Below, one piece after another: positions 1-13,599 of a DNA stretch of 64,000 nucleotides. The DNA is from the human T2T-CHM13v2.0 reference genome, Homo sapiens. Every line of letters starts with the position of its first letter. Position 1 is the first letter of the stretch. The stretch lies in the NCBI RefSeq assembly GCF_009914755.1, contig NC_060930.1, one strand, 5' to 3'. A program made the translations under genes and the position numbers. Below the pieces are notes generated by a model. It did no database searches. It was given only the letters and a program-made list of their open reading frames with translations, and was not told the origin of the DNA.

Positions 1-56
1 AGCCTAGGGGGCAGAGCAAGATCCTGTTTCAAAAAAAGGAAAGAAAGAAAAGAAAA
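1..56 (+). mobile_element. 3' end and A-rich tail of an Alu cut by the window edge
   Basis: agcctagggggcagagcaagatcctgtttc followed by an A/GAAA-rich tail resembles the Alu right-arm terminus. Confidence 0.8.
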
Positions 57-344
57 CCTAGTTATTTCTTTCACTTTCAATTCTACATCCATTCTATCTG
101 ATGCAAATCATATTGATTTTCTATTTCATTGGCTCTCAAATCGGTTTCCTCCTTTTCATTTTCACTATTCCTTCCCTTGTCATACTATTCACATGACAGC
201 TAGGCATAACTACTCTTCCTGACTCCCTAGAATTTATACCAAAGTCACCAACTGTTAGATTAGTCAACATATCACCAGCAAGAGACACAAGTCCATATTT
301 TTCAGCTTGCAGTCAGAGTTCTTCCCAATCTGATTCCCAGTATA

Positions 345-480
345 ATTAATAGTAATGCACTTACGGGCTTACCACAGATCAAGAGCTGGGATGTTTTCCA
401 CATACCATATCTAATTTATAATTCTCACAACAATCTTAGATTATAAATAATTTTGATCTCATTCTGTGAGAAAATTACTC
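345..480 (-). mobile_element. Degenerate MIR fragment
   Basis: ataattctcacaacaatctt...ctcattctgtgagaaaattact resembles the MIR core. Confidence 0.5.
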
Positions 481-2019
481 CAAACTTTATGTCTAAATGT
501 ATCTTCCACCACTCACAACCATGTGATGCCCATGGCCAAATCAGGTAATTGATTTGCGTGGTTCTGGAACTTGCTTTTAGCCTTTACTCTGCTCTTTCAG
601 CATCTAATCACATGTCAATTTCATTCTCCTGACAAGTTTGCTCATCAGTCGGGACCCAACTCAAATTCTAATAGTTCTGTGAAATTCTGTCCACATTCCT
701 CACCCACCTTCTAGGCTCCTTAAGGGGTGAGATCAATTTTATGTATTTTTCCATCCCATTAAGGATGGAAAGGTCTTACATAGCATAATACCTTTAATGG
801 ATTCTCCCTCTCCACGTCTATTTTCTGATCTTTTGTTTGCTTTTAATAATGAACACTCTAGTAGATATATCCTTCTTTCTTTGTGATTTCACTTGACTTA
901 GCATGAGTGCATATCTTAATAAAATTAGACTTCCTATGGGCCTCATTTAACTCCAAATATTCTTGATATTTTTAACAATAGGATAAGTGCATCTCAAAAC
1001 GTTCATAAGTATTGCACCTTTAAGAGACATTCAGAATTATTCTCAAAGGCTGTAGAAACACGCCAGTATATTAAGTACCACATAGAGAATATTAATTTAG
1101 TCAATGGATTGCATGCCAAAAATGAGGAAGAGAACTGAAAAAATATTAAAAAGTGAGATGTGAAAATTAGGAACAGAAGGAAAAAATAAATACATAAAAC
1201 AAGACAATTCTCTACATTCTTTTGAAGAAATGAAACTACAAACCAGACACCAAGATCTGGAAGATTAGCTTTGTACTAATCCTGGAATTTGCTTTTACTT
1301 TCCTGTCTTTGGCCTTTGCTCTGATGTTTCAGTATCTAGACTAATGCGAATTTCATTCTTCAGTTTAAATCAGCACGTCAGTCAGGGATTCATCCAAACC
1401 TTAATGGCTTAGCATTTTCCTCAACTGTTTTATTTGGAGCAAAATCGCCACGAAAGTCATTTTTAAGGGTCAATTCAATTTTATGATAATTTATATATTA
1501 TGCCAGACGCTTAAAATATGCCTATTACTACCCTAAATTCCATTCTTACAGTACTAGGCTGCATTTTAGACATTTGCTGCAAATGACTTTATCTTGAAGT
1601 CTACGTGATTACACAAATTATTATAAATACTCATGACAGATTTACTGAGGTGTAGGCAAGGAAATTAAAAAATAAATTTTATTAATTACTGTATTTTATG
1701 TTTAAATTATAGTGTCTCCACTTCCGTAACATTGCTCCGCAGTATCCCACCTAGAGGGACCTGCTTTCACGCACATCTCCCTATTTTAAACAATATCCTT
1801 TCATCCCAAATCTGTAACTAGGACAGTTGAGAGTCAGTACCAAAATCTTTGATGATATTTGAAATTCTTTTACATAAAAAAGTAAAGGCACAAGCACTTT
1901 TTCTTCTACTTTTCCACTCCCCACGTCCTCTCCAAGCCTAAAGACTCTTAGGCACTGAGAAGGAGTCTGCACTGCGGGATGCCCACTGGAATTACCTACT
2001 GTGGGCTGAATCCGCCCCA

Positions 2020-3070
2020 CACTCTCGAAGGTGCTACAACCCTTGCTTTCACCCGCGGCCCCCAGGCCTCTCCTCCAGGCATTCTTGAGCCCAGGGAAAA
2101 GCGAGGACGGGACCACGGCCCCGCTCGGCCTAGATCCGCCTTCTTCCCAGGTGAGCGTCGCTGTCCTCCGGGATCGCTCCTCGCCCCAGACCAGGAGCAG
2201 GGTGTCGGGACTTGTAATTGCCCCGTAGCCCCGAGGGCGGGCAGGAAAGAAAGGCTTTTTCATACTCCGCTGGGAGAGAGCAGGGTGTTTGAGTTCAGAC
2301 AGGTTCCGAGCGCTTTCTGGCTGTTCGGGGTTTGGCGTGCCACCACTTGGGACTTGTTGTAACCCGTCTCCACTCCCGCCCCCTCCAGCGCTGCACCTTG
2401 TCTCGGGGAGGCGCGGTTCGAGCCGGAATCAGCCTCCCTCCGCGGACCTGACGCTGGGCAGGTAACTCCCCTCCCCTCCCTGCCCGCGCCCAGGCGCTTG
2501 CTGCTTCCTGGGAGGCAAACCTTCGGCGGCCGGCGCTGTGCGGCGGGCGCGGTTGCGCGCGGCTTGGGGCAAGTAAGTGGGGTTTGGGCTCCCTTGCCCC
2601 GGACCTCGGCGGACGGGACCCCAGCGGGTGCAGGGTTGAGGTGCTTGGGGTACTGGGGGGGCCCGGGGCTTCACCCGCCCCTGGCCGGCGCGGCGGACGG
2701 GAGGGATAGGGGACTCTCCCTTGGGAGCGCAGGCGGGATTGGAAATTCCACAGGGTGTAAAGCTCAGTTGCTTCAGTCTTTTCTACGTTTCTTTCATTGT
2801 CGTGGGGGTTCGAGTGAGTTGAGAAGTTTGAAAAGTTGTCTCGGGCGGAGTCGGTTTGGGTCCCCAGAGGACTGGCGCCGCCCCTCGTGGAGGCTGCATT
2901 TGTTTCCTCTTTTCCAGTGTAGGAGTGCGCCGAGGACCCCGGGAGGGGAAGCGGGAGGAGAGACCGCTGGGAAAAGTCTCGTGGGAGGAAGTCCAGGGTG
3001 GAAGCAGAGGGCATGGGGGTGGGGGGTTCCGGGAAAAGGTGGGAGAGCTTAGGTCGCTGAGGGGCGTGGG
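2020..3070. promoter_or_regulatory. FAM83B: CpG island / FAM83B promoter
   Basis: Abrupt GC- and CpG-rich stretch in AT-rich flanks; GC box CCCGCCCC at 2375-2382; contains several consensus splice donors; nearest upstream island to the first coding exon. Confidence 0.9.
2517..2572 (+). other. FAM83B: FAM83B non-coding exon 1 (5' UTR); start approximate
   Basis: Ends at CAA|GTAAGT donor (GT at 2573), lies in the core of the CpG island and has no ATG. The 5' boundary comes from recollection of the mRNA start and is not demonstrable from the sequence. Confidence 0.7.
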
Positions 3071-3129
3071 TGTTCTTTAGATCCTGAGTGGGGAGCAGAA
3101 CTTGAAAAGACAGTTTTTTCACACAACCT

Positions 3130-3270
3130 CTTAATTGTACAGGATCCCGTTTCTGAGTGCAGACTGGTAGCGACCTGTGTTTTTCATACTTGGGTCGGCC
3201 TGAGTCTGGGTCTGTGTGCCCTAGCAGCTCTCCAGGAGAGCCTGTACCTACCAAAGTTTGAGAACCACTG
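3130..3270 (+). mobile_element. MER5A-like hAT-Charlie fragment
   Basis: Ends in caaagtttgagaaccactg followed by ctctag, a typical MER5 terminus. Confidence 0.55.
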
Positions 3271-5497
3271 CTCTAGATCCTGGTGAGTGATCTAGAAGAG
3301 GAGAGTAGGCCTAGAGCAGATTGCTCCTGGAACGGGACTTGGAGACTTTTGGCCTATTCTGTGTGATATTAGGGAGACTTACCTGTGTAAGGTTAATGGA
3401 CAGGCAGAGAATGCCTGTGTTCATTGCAGGAGTCATAGGTATGTAAAGAGACAACAGCGCTTTCTTTATAGGAGGAGGCTGGGAGGTTATGGAAACACAG
3501 GTTAGCATGTTGTCTATGCTCGGAGCGGTGAAGTTATAGGGTCTCTCTGACCTAGAAGTGGAAATGAGAGCTCAGGCGGCCAGAACACTTAAGAAGAAGG
3601 TGTGCGGGTGGCAAGCAATTGAGGCTAGAATTTAATGCTCAACAGCTTATGTCCAAATTCCCAGTTACAAACATCTTGCTAGGTTACTGGCAGGCACCTC
3701 CCTTCTTTCCCTTTCTCATCCTAACAAGTGCAAGAGCCCCGAGGAAATCCATGACTGAGGCTGAATCATTGCTGACAAGCAACAGGAAGGGAGAGAGTGA
3801 TGAAAGAGACTTAGAAGAGAAAACTGGGGTTTTTTGGTTTTTATTGGAGGCGGGGTGGGGGTGGCGGTGGGAGGCTCAAAATGATTGGAGAATGAGAATA
3901 ATGTGAAACAGAATGATGGAAGGTTGGGAGTGCAGGTCTTTGTTGCGTTTGTTTCTCTCTGTCTTCCTATAGTTCCCAGAAAAGTAGAAGTCCCCACACC
4001 TTCCAATTGCAAATTCCACCCCCTTGCCTTTGGGGCTCAGGCACACGTGGGGTATACACCTATTTAGGGTGCTGGCTACACCCTCTAGAGCCTGCCTAAG
4101 GGGCTGGGTGGATCCTGCCTTTAAAGCTGGCAGGCTTTAGACCGCAGATGCTGAGAATTTATTGTGGGAAGCATTACCAGTTGAACAGTTGCTGAAAGAG
4201 ATTGTATAGATGGAGACAAACCACACCTCTGGTGCTGACTCAGTGATGTCTTTTACGTTTATGCCCTTGAGTTTATGACGCTAACTGGCTAAACTTTTTT
4301 GGGATGAAGTAATTAATTTTATTAATCTTTCTATTTTATTTCCTCTACCGTCCACCGTTCTTTATAGGTTAAGGTGGAGGTTCATTCACTGAGTATTTTC
4401 TTGACCATGACTCACCTTGCAGCAACTAACCTACTTGTTTCCCATTTAATTACATTATACAATACTGAGTTGCCAAAATGTAATGTTATTATACTTTTAA
4501 GTGTCCAGAATCTTGGGGTGAAACTGTTATCCCATCAAAGCGGGACTCTTCTAATACATAAATCTGGTTGGAGGAGACCTTTTGAAAAGAGGCCACTTAG
4601 CTTAATTTAATGAATTATTGGTAAAATTTCAAGTTGTCCTTGTTTATCTAGTTAGGTAAGTTTGCACGTCTGTCCCTTTATAAGTTGCAAAATGTGAATG
4701 TCCCATGGATGTTTCACAATTCACCTTTTTAAACACAATGTTTTGTTCATTTTGAAATGTGCTTTTGTTCCTTTGATTTCTGATCTGGAGATGGAATGTA
4801 TTTTAGAATTTTGTTGTTGAATTTATCATCTGAACATCAGAATACATCTGCTCCCCCATGGAAACAGAGTTCTAAATGATGGTTATTCACAGCCCAGCTT
4901 TAAGGATGCCGTAGATAAAAAGTTGTACAAATAGCACTTAAACTCCATCAAGAATCAAAGCCAACAACATTTCTCTGAGAAAATGTGTTAGAGCCTTCAG
5001 TGGGAGCTTCCTTCCCACTGAGGTGTGCCAATGGGCATGGGCACTGTCTAGAAGTATCCTGGCCCCTAAGGGTAGAGCAGGCTTCCCAAGGGGATTGGGA
5101 GGCTGAGTGCTGTGGGCTCCTGAGACAAGAGCTGGGGGAAATGGTAGGCTCCAGTGGAAAGGATATACGTGGAGGTGAGGTGGAGTGGGGGGCAAGTGGG
5201 CTGTATGGTGGGGAGGAGGGTGCACTAAGGAGGCAGGGGGCTAACATGTACAGAAGGTAGGGGTGGGTGATGGAGGGGGCAAAGGATGTTTTCAGGGGCT
5301 GTGATGCTGTAAGGAAGGTGAGCCTTGGTGGAGAGATGATCCAAATATGAGAGATATTCATTGGGCATGCTGTCTATGTTGGGAAGTCCTGGAATCACAT
5401 GATCATGAACGGTAGGAAACTTTTCCTCTGGGGACATCTAATTACTACCCAGTTTGTCTTTTGTTTTATTTTTACATTGTCCTTAAGAGTGGGGTGA

Positions 5498-5811
<314 letters not shown>

Positions 5812-6808
5812 GAGTGGGGTGAGAAGTCCCCTAAGGGCACATGACATTTATCTTTTCAGCTGTGTCTTAAATAATTTGTAGATTACTGGTCCATGGGAAA
5901 CTTAAATTAGTCATGGTCAGCCTCTCTTGCATACTGACATAGAGTCAGGTGTAGTCTCCCGGTTACTGGCAGGGGCCTATGTTGAAGAGTTTATAGAGAA
6001 GTTATGCAGTGATGATGATTATCTAATGGCTGTAACTTTGTGCTCTTTTACACTATCCCTTTGATTAAACATATTTATTGACCATTATCTGCCAAGCAAT
6101 ATGTTCCTCTCCAGGGGTAGGAAAGTAAAAATATATTCCTGGATCTTAGGAAGCTTCCAGTTTAGGAACCTAATGATAATTATAAGTACACAAATAAATA
6201 AATGGATCAAGTCCACTGATTTTTGTAGTTCCTTCCTATTCTCTGAAGGTCACAGCAGACGTTGTTTGTGTTCATTAATCATTTGTGAAATTGAACATTA
6301 GCAGCCCTGGGATAGTCATGTTTTTTGACAAAGTATTAACATTCTTTAGGCTTGCAGGTTTTTCACTGGTATTGTGAAAGGTTTAGACTATGTGGTCACT
6401 CCTGTGTCCCACCCACACTGCTCTGAAATTCTCTGTGATCACTTCTTATTGAGAGTATCATAAAATAATGTTAACTAAGGTTTCCCCACAGTATCACTGT
6501 GAAGCTTATTATTTCCACTTCTTTGGCCAAATTTTCATTTCAAAAGGTTTTCGTTCTTTAACATCAGATTCCTTCTTTGATTACATAAACATTACTACTT
6601 GGAGAAGAAAAGGCAGTTTTCAAAGCACTAAAGAGTGTCATCTTCCATCTCAATGGTGGTAATAGAATAACTCAACATAAGATGTTTGGGCTGTCATTTA
6701 TATATACACACTGGCAATGATGGCTTTAATTCTTAACAGCATGTTACTCCAAATACCTAGTCTCATAAGACTCATTCAACAGATGTTTTAAAAGTACTAT
6801 ATTTTAAC

Positions 6809-7107
6809 GGCTGGAAATAGTGGCTCACACGTGTAATCCCAGCACTTTGGGAGGCTGAGGCGGGTGGATCACAAGGTCAGGAGTTTAAGACCAGCCTGGC
6901 CAAGGTGGTGAAACGCCGTCTCTACTAAAAATACAAAAATTGGCCAGGCGTGGTGGCGGGTGCCTGTAATCCCAGCTACTTGGGAGGCTGAGGCAGAGAA
7001 TTTTTTGAACCTGGGAGGCAGAGCTTGCAGTGAGCCCAGGTCGCGCCACTGCACTCCAGCCTGGGTGACAGAGTGAGACTCATCTCAAAAAAAAAAAAAA
7101 AAAAAAA
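6809..7107 (+). mobile_element. AluS-family element
   Basis: Full dimer with A tail; degenerate TSD aaaagtactatatttt / aaaagtgctgtatttt. Confidence 0.92.
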
Positions 7108-7214
7108 GTGCTGTATTTTTCTCAAATGTAACTTCTGACTTATTTGTTTAAAGATGAGTGCAATATAGCTAAGTTGTTTTTAGAGTAAGTAACTGTTTAC
7201 AGTGTTCCCCTGTG

Positions 7215-7500
7215 ATTCTTTTTTTTAGTTTCAACCCTTCCTTTCCATTTTCATCTTTATTGGCCTTTTCATCTTTTTTTGTCACATCTCATCCTTTGTA
7301 TCCTCCTTTTGTCCCTTCTCTTCCTTCTTTTTTCTTTTATGCTTCTCTTCTCTTCCCTCCCATTATGTTTTTCTCTTCACTTACCTTCTCTTTTTATCTA
7401 TCCCTTCTGAGTCCTTCTGATTTACTTTTTTTCCCGTTCATCTTTCTTCTTTCTTATCTCCCATTTCATACTTCTATTTATTTGTCCATTTCACCATCTG
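7215..7500. repeat. CT-rich low-complexity (polypyrimidine) tract
   Basis: About 290 bp almost entirely T/C; explains the F/S/L-rich ORF 7212..7646. Confidence 0.8.
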
Positions 7501-7522
7501 TTGAACTACCTATTTATTTACA

Positions 7523-8014
<492 letters not shown>

Positions 8015-8093
8015 AGTTCTTTATTTCTGTCTGTCATCTTTATCAGCACAGTTCTCTACTTTGGTATTCTAAAAATCTGTACAAGTAAAATTA

Positions 8094-10691
8094 GAAGCAT
8101 ATCTCGTTTTATTGTGCTTTGCTTTATGGTACTTTGCAGCAATTGTGTTTTTACTAATTGATGGTTTCTGGCAACACTGCCTTAAGCAAGTCTGTCAGTG
8201 CCATTTTTCCAACAGCACATGCTCACTTTGTGTCTCTGTGTCACATTTTGATAATTCTCACAATATTTCAAACTTCATTATTATAATATCTTTTTTTGGT
8301 GATCATTGATCTCTGATGTTACTCTTGTAATTTTTTGGGGGTGCTACAAATCATGTGTACATATGACAGTGAACTTAATCTATAAATGTTGTGTGTGTTC
8401 TGACTGCTCCACCAACTGGCCATTCCCCTGTGCCTTTCCCACTCCTTGGGCACAGTATTGAAATTAGGCCACTTAATAACTCTACCAGGGCCTTTAAATG
8501 TTCAAGGGAATGGAAGAGTTGCATGCCCTCATTTTAAATCAAAAGCTAGAAATGATTAAGCTCAGTGAGGAAGTCATGTTGAAAGCTGAGATAGGCTAAA
8601 AGCTAAATCTCTTGTACTAGACAATTATCCAAATTGTGAAAGCAAAGGAAAAGTTGTTGAAGGAAATTAAAAGTGCTACTCCAGTAAACACACACATCAT
8701 GAGAGAGTAAAATGGCATTGCTGATAGGGAGAAAATCTTATTGGTCTAGAATTCAAGGCTGTTCAATCTGTGGCCTGCAGGCCATATATAGCCCAGGACA
8801 GTTTTGAATGCTGCCCAATACAAATATGTGAACTTTCCTAAAAGATTATTCGATTTTTGTTGCAATTTTTTTTTTCTTTTTTTAAGCTCATTGGCTATTG
8901 TTGTTAGTGTATTTTATGCGTAGCCCAAGACAATCCTTTTTGGCCCAGGGAAGCCAAAAGATTAGACACCCCTGGATAGATCAAGCCAGCCACAACATTC
9001 TCTGCCAAAGCCTAATCCAGAGCAAGACCTTAACTCTCTTCAATTCTGTGAAGGCTGAGAGAGATGAGAAAGCTGGAGGAGAAAGGTATGAAACTAGCAG
9101 AGGTTGGTTCCTGAGGTTTAAGGAAAGAAGCTGTCTCCAAAATGTAAATGTGCAAAGTGAAGCAGCAAGTGCTCATGAAGAAGCTGAAGCAAGTTATCCA
9201 GAAAATCTAGCTAAGATAATTGATGAACAAAGTGACACTAAACAACACATTTTTAATGTAGGTGAAACAGCCTTCTAGTGGAAGAAGATGCCATCTAGTA
9301 TTTCAGAGCTAGAGAGGGGAAGTCAATGCCTGGTTTCAAAGCTTCAAAGGATAGGCTGACTGACTTTTTAGGGGTTAATACAGCTGGTGACTTTTAAGTT
9401 GAAGCCACTGCTCATTTACCATCCCAGAATGCCTAAGGTCTTCAAAAATTATTCTAAATCTAGTCTGCCTGTGCTCTGTAAATGGAACAACAAAGCTCAG
9501 ATGAGAGCACATCTGTTTACAGCAAGGTCTACTGACTTTTTAAGCCTACTGTTGAGACCTACTTCTCAGAAAAAAAAGATTCCTTTCAAAATGTTATTGC
9601 TTATAGACTGTGCACCTGGTCACCTAAGAGATCTGATGGAGATTAATGTTGTTTTCATGCCTTCTGACACAACATTTGTTCCATAGCACATGGATCAAGA
9701 AGTGACTTTGACTTTTAAGTTTTATTATTTAAAAAGGCATTTCATAAAGCTATAGCTGCCACAGGTAAGTGATTCCTCTAATGAATCTGAGCAAAATAAA
9801 TAGAAAATCTGGAAAGAATTCACCATTCTACATGCCATTAAGAACATTTGTGATCCATGGGAGGCGGTCAAAATATCAACATTAACAGCAGTTTGAAAGA
9901 AGTTGATTCTAACTCTTGTAGATGTCTTAGAAAGGTTCAAGACTTTTGTGGAGGATGTAATTGCAGATATGGTGGAAATAGCAAGGGACCTATTAATAGA
10001 ATTAGAAGAGGAGCCTGAAGATGTGGCTTAGTTTTTTCAGTGTCATGATAACACTTTAATGGATGTGGTGTTGTTTCTCATAGATGAACAAAGAAAGTGG
10101 ATTCTTGAGATGAAATCTACTCTCTTGGTGAAGGTGCTATGAACATTGTTAAAGTGACAACAAAGAATTTAGAATATTATAAAAACTTAGTTGGTAAAAC
10201 AGCAGCAGGATTTAAGAAGATTGACTCTAATTTTGAAAGAAGTTTTACCATATGTAAACTGCTGTTAAACAACATTGCATGCTACAGAGAAATCGTTTGT
10301 GAAAGGAAGAGTCAATCTTTCTGGCAAAATTCGTTATTGTCTTATTTTAAGAAATTGCTATAGCCACCCCACCCTTCAGCAACCACCACCCTGATCAGTC
10401 AGCAGCCATCAACATCAAGACAAGCCCCTCCAATGGCAAAAAGATTACAACTTGCTGAAGGCTCAGATGATAGTTAGCATTTCTTTAGGGATAACTTATC
10501 TTTTGACTAAGGTTGTTCATTGATGTTTCAGACATAATGCTATTGCACACTTAATAAGCCACAGTATAATGTAAACATAACTTATATATGCACTGGGAAA
10601 CCAAAAAAAATTTGTGTAACTCATTTTATTGCAATACTCACTTTATTGTGGTGTCTGGAACCCAACCTGTATTATCTTCAGCGTATGCCTA
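8094..10691 (+). mobile_element. Tigger1 DNA transposon, near full length, decayed transposase
   Basis: Termini gaagcatatctcgttttattg... and ...tcttcagcgtatgcct match Tigger1 TIRs; ORF fragments 8898..9278 ([20 protein letters not shown]) and 9387..9686 (KMLLLIDCAPGH) are pogo/CENP-B-like HTH and DDE remnants broken by stops and frameshifts. Confidence 0.93.
8754..8974 (-). mobile_element. MER30 (hAT-Charlie MITE) nested in Tigger1
   Basis: Ends ggcccagggaagccaaaagattagacacccctg, the reverse complement of the MER30 5' end; Tigger1 sequence resumes on both sides. Confidence 0.88.
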
Positions 10692-11989
10692 GGTGTGAAA
10701 GTCAAATTTTATATTCTAATACAAGTCAAATTTTATTTTCTAGTAGCTAAAATATAAATACAATTGACGATTGATTACTCTGTAAACATTGTAAACACAA
10801 TATTCAACAATATGTTTCTAGTATTTTATACTTTTAAAAAATTGTTCCTTTTCTTCACAATGGAACACGTGTGCAATGGTCATCTGATCAAGACCAAAGG
10901 GCCGCTTCTCTTGGCATGTACAGTGAAGTTCATCTTTGCTTTAATTGTATCCAAATTATAAACATCCTGTCACTAACTTCAGAATTTTCATTTTTCCAGT
11001 TTTCAAAATTGATTATAAGTTCAAATTGCAATAAAATATTCAAATAAGTGTGCAAATACGCAGTAAAAAGAAATACAGTGATATTATTGAAACTGCATAT
11101 TGACATGCTGGCAGCCCCATGTACAGTAAAATGAAATACTTAGTAATTGATGGATTAAAGACTAGAATTATTAAAGTTGTTTTGAGTGTCAATCTCTCAT
11201 GCAGAAAAGTTCAGGATTTTCAAATGTCAAAAGAGCTAAGTAGGAGATCACTTATACATATAATTGAAAATTACAGCATATGGCTACAATTTCTATGTCT
11301 GTTAATGTCAGACAAAAACATCAGTCCATATACGTTGAAAAAAATATAGAAAGTGGTTTATTGCAGAAGCACTTATTTGTGTGATACTAGGCCAATTCAT
11401 GTCCGTTGATATCTCAATATATTATCTGAGAAATCTGTCACCTTTGGTTCATACTCAAAGCCATACTCATAGCTCTGTTATTAACATAAGGTCTTCAAAC
11501 TATTTGAAATTCTATATTTTGTTTATGGAGTGGCTTTACTCCCATTTAGCATGTTAAATCTTGTATGTGGAAGAATTAGAATAAGACATTTACAGGAAAA
11601 GAAGAGTGTTAAATCTCTCCAAGGTCATTAGATCCAAAATGTGATTCCACAGAAATTTGGGGTGGATCCAAAATACGATTCACCAAAAAGTGGGGGCAGG
11701 AGCCCTTGAAATCCTAAGTATGTGTGTGGATGTATCACACACAGAGTAAATAATTTGATAAAACCATTAATTACTTGAGTTAAAGAAATGAATCATCTTT
11801 GATTTTAATGTAACAATGTAGAAATTCCATTGTCTCCCAAATAATTCAGTTTATTTTGTATACATATGATAAATATTTTTGATTTGTACAGAGGATGGTT
11901 AAAACTGAAAGAGAAGAAAGGTATAGATAACATAATCAATGATGATTCCATGGAAAGGGTGCCAAGGTCTTTTCACTTAAGATATGTAG

Positions 11990-12579
11990 TGTTGTAGCAA
12001 TTGCTAAATAATGGCCACAACTCTTTGGGGAAAGCTTAATTGAGAGACTAAGTGAGGAGCCCTGTCTTTGAAATCAGTTAGAACTTTGAGCTGCGAAGGA
12101 GTGGAAAAAGCAAGATTTACTCATGGACTCACATATACACACCCATATGTAAATTGTGCAGAGCGATAAGTCAACCAGTGATAGCTGCAATACCATGTGG
12201 CCAAGTCGTCTCCCTCTCCCCCACTGTTATGCTGACATAGGCCTTAAGGACAAATGAAAGTGAAATAAGCTGCCAGGTGCATTTTCTGGTTCAGGTGTGG
12301 TTTAAGCAACTGTGACTAGCAGAGTTCTATAAACATCAGCTTTGTCTCAGAATTGCAGTCTTGCAAGTTAGCCCTGCTGTCAGAAGAATTGAGCACAATT
12401 GTAGAGAGAGAAAGCTGAGAAACCAAGTGACTGTTCATATGTAACCCACAAGTCCTAGAAATCTGTCTATATAAATCCAGCAGCATTTTACACATTTAAA
12501 ATATATATTTCTTTATTTATCTCTTATTTATTAACTTCCCTGTGTGCAAGTGCTCTATAAACAAGTAAAGAAGCCAACA
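11990..12579. mobile_element. Possible ancient LTR-like element
   Basis: About 590 bp bounded by TG...CA, with higher GC than the flanks; family not recognised. Confidence 0.25.
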
Positions 12580-13599
12580 AAAAAGGTTATTTTGAAAAGA
12601 ACAAAAAGTCGAACTAGAGTGGGCTAGTTTTCTGATCAGATTTGTTGGCAGTTTCTGGGGTAACATAAAGAGAAAAGCACTTTTTTCAGTTGTGATACAG
12701 CTGTCTAGGCAGGCTTGATTACAAGTGAATCCTAAGGGAAATGACTGATAAAGAATTGGTAGGTATTGGGATTATTTTTAGATATTCTGATTATTTATAT
12801 GGCTCTTTAACCAAGTGAAAACTAAAAGCTTTCCAGGCTAGATATATTATTAATATTTAATATTATTTGGCATTCGAACTAAATAAATTTGTGTCCACTT
12901 ACACAATTGGCACAAAATTATTTCTGTTTTTAACCCTCTACTTTATAAGCGTCTGAGACTGCTTTTCTGCCACTAAATGTATGTAACAATTTTACTTTTT
13001 ATGAAAAGCTGTTCCTAACATAACTAAACAAAATACATTTTCTTAAGACATTTTATTTATAGACTTTCGCACTATTTTATAGTTGAGGCACACTACCCTT
13101 GTTAAATGTATTTGGGAAGCTGTTTTAAAAGTTGGTATTGGAGCACACATTTATCATTTTTCCTACAGCATTTACTCTGCAAATGTCAGCATGCACCAAG
13201 AGTGACTTTATTGGCCTTAAATAGACTCAGAGGTGGGACAGGAGGGCACATGACACATTCAGCATTTCACTCCATGGGGCTCTTGTTGCCTGTGGTGTTT
13301 TTGTCTAAATATGTCTTTGTTGTAAATTATACTACATTTCTGAAACTGAGGTTGAACGAGACTGAACCCTGCTTCCCGTGGTGTTCAGGGAATTATGTAT
13401 GAGTGTTGTGAAGTGAGGAGGAGGAGAGTCAAGGTGAATAAGTAAGGGGTAGGTCGACAGATCTCTAGTTATTTCTCCTTTATAATTATACCGTGAGGGC
13501 AGAACTGAATTTACTTGTAATGTAAGAGAATAGGTCTTATCCAAGACAGTGATGATACCTAAAATATGGAATAACCAACATGATGGGGCCAGTGGTAAA

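Noticed and set aside
748-771. 9-bp inverted repeat tttccatcc-N6-ggatggaaa (similar one at 30395-30419)
   Set aside because: A few such short hairpins are expected by chance in 64 kb; no other support
1781-3254. Long overlapping ORFs on both strands (up to 319 aa) in the CpG island
   Set aside because: Stop-poor GC-rich DNA, P/R/G/A-biased translations with no domain, several with non-ATG starts
8898-10363. Transposase-like ORFs as a domesticated TIGD-type gene
   Set aside because: Multiple stops, frameshifts and a MER30 insertion; ordinary decayed Tigger1
11631-11697. Two-copy ~34-bp degenerate tandem repeat
   Set aside because: Only two diverged copies with no spacers; ordinary slippage duplication, not an array
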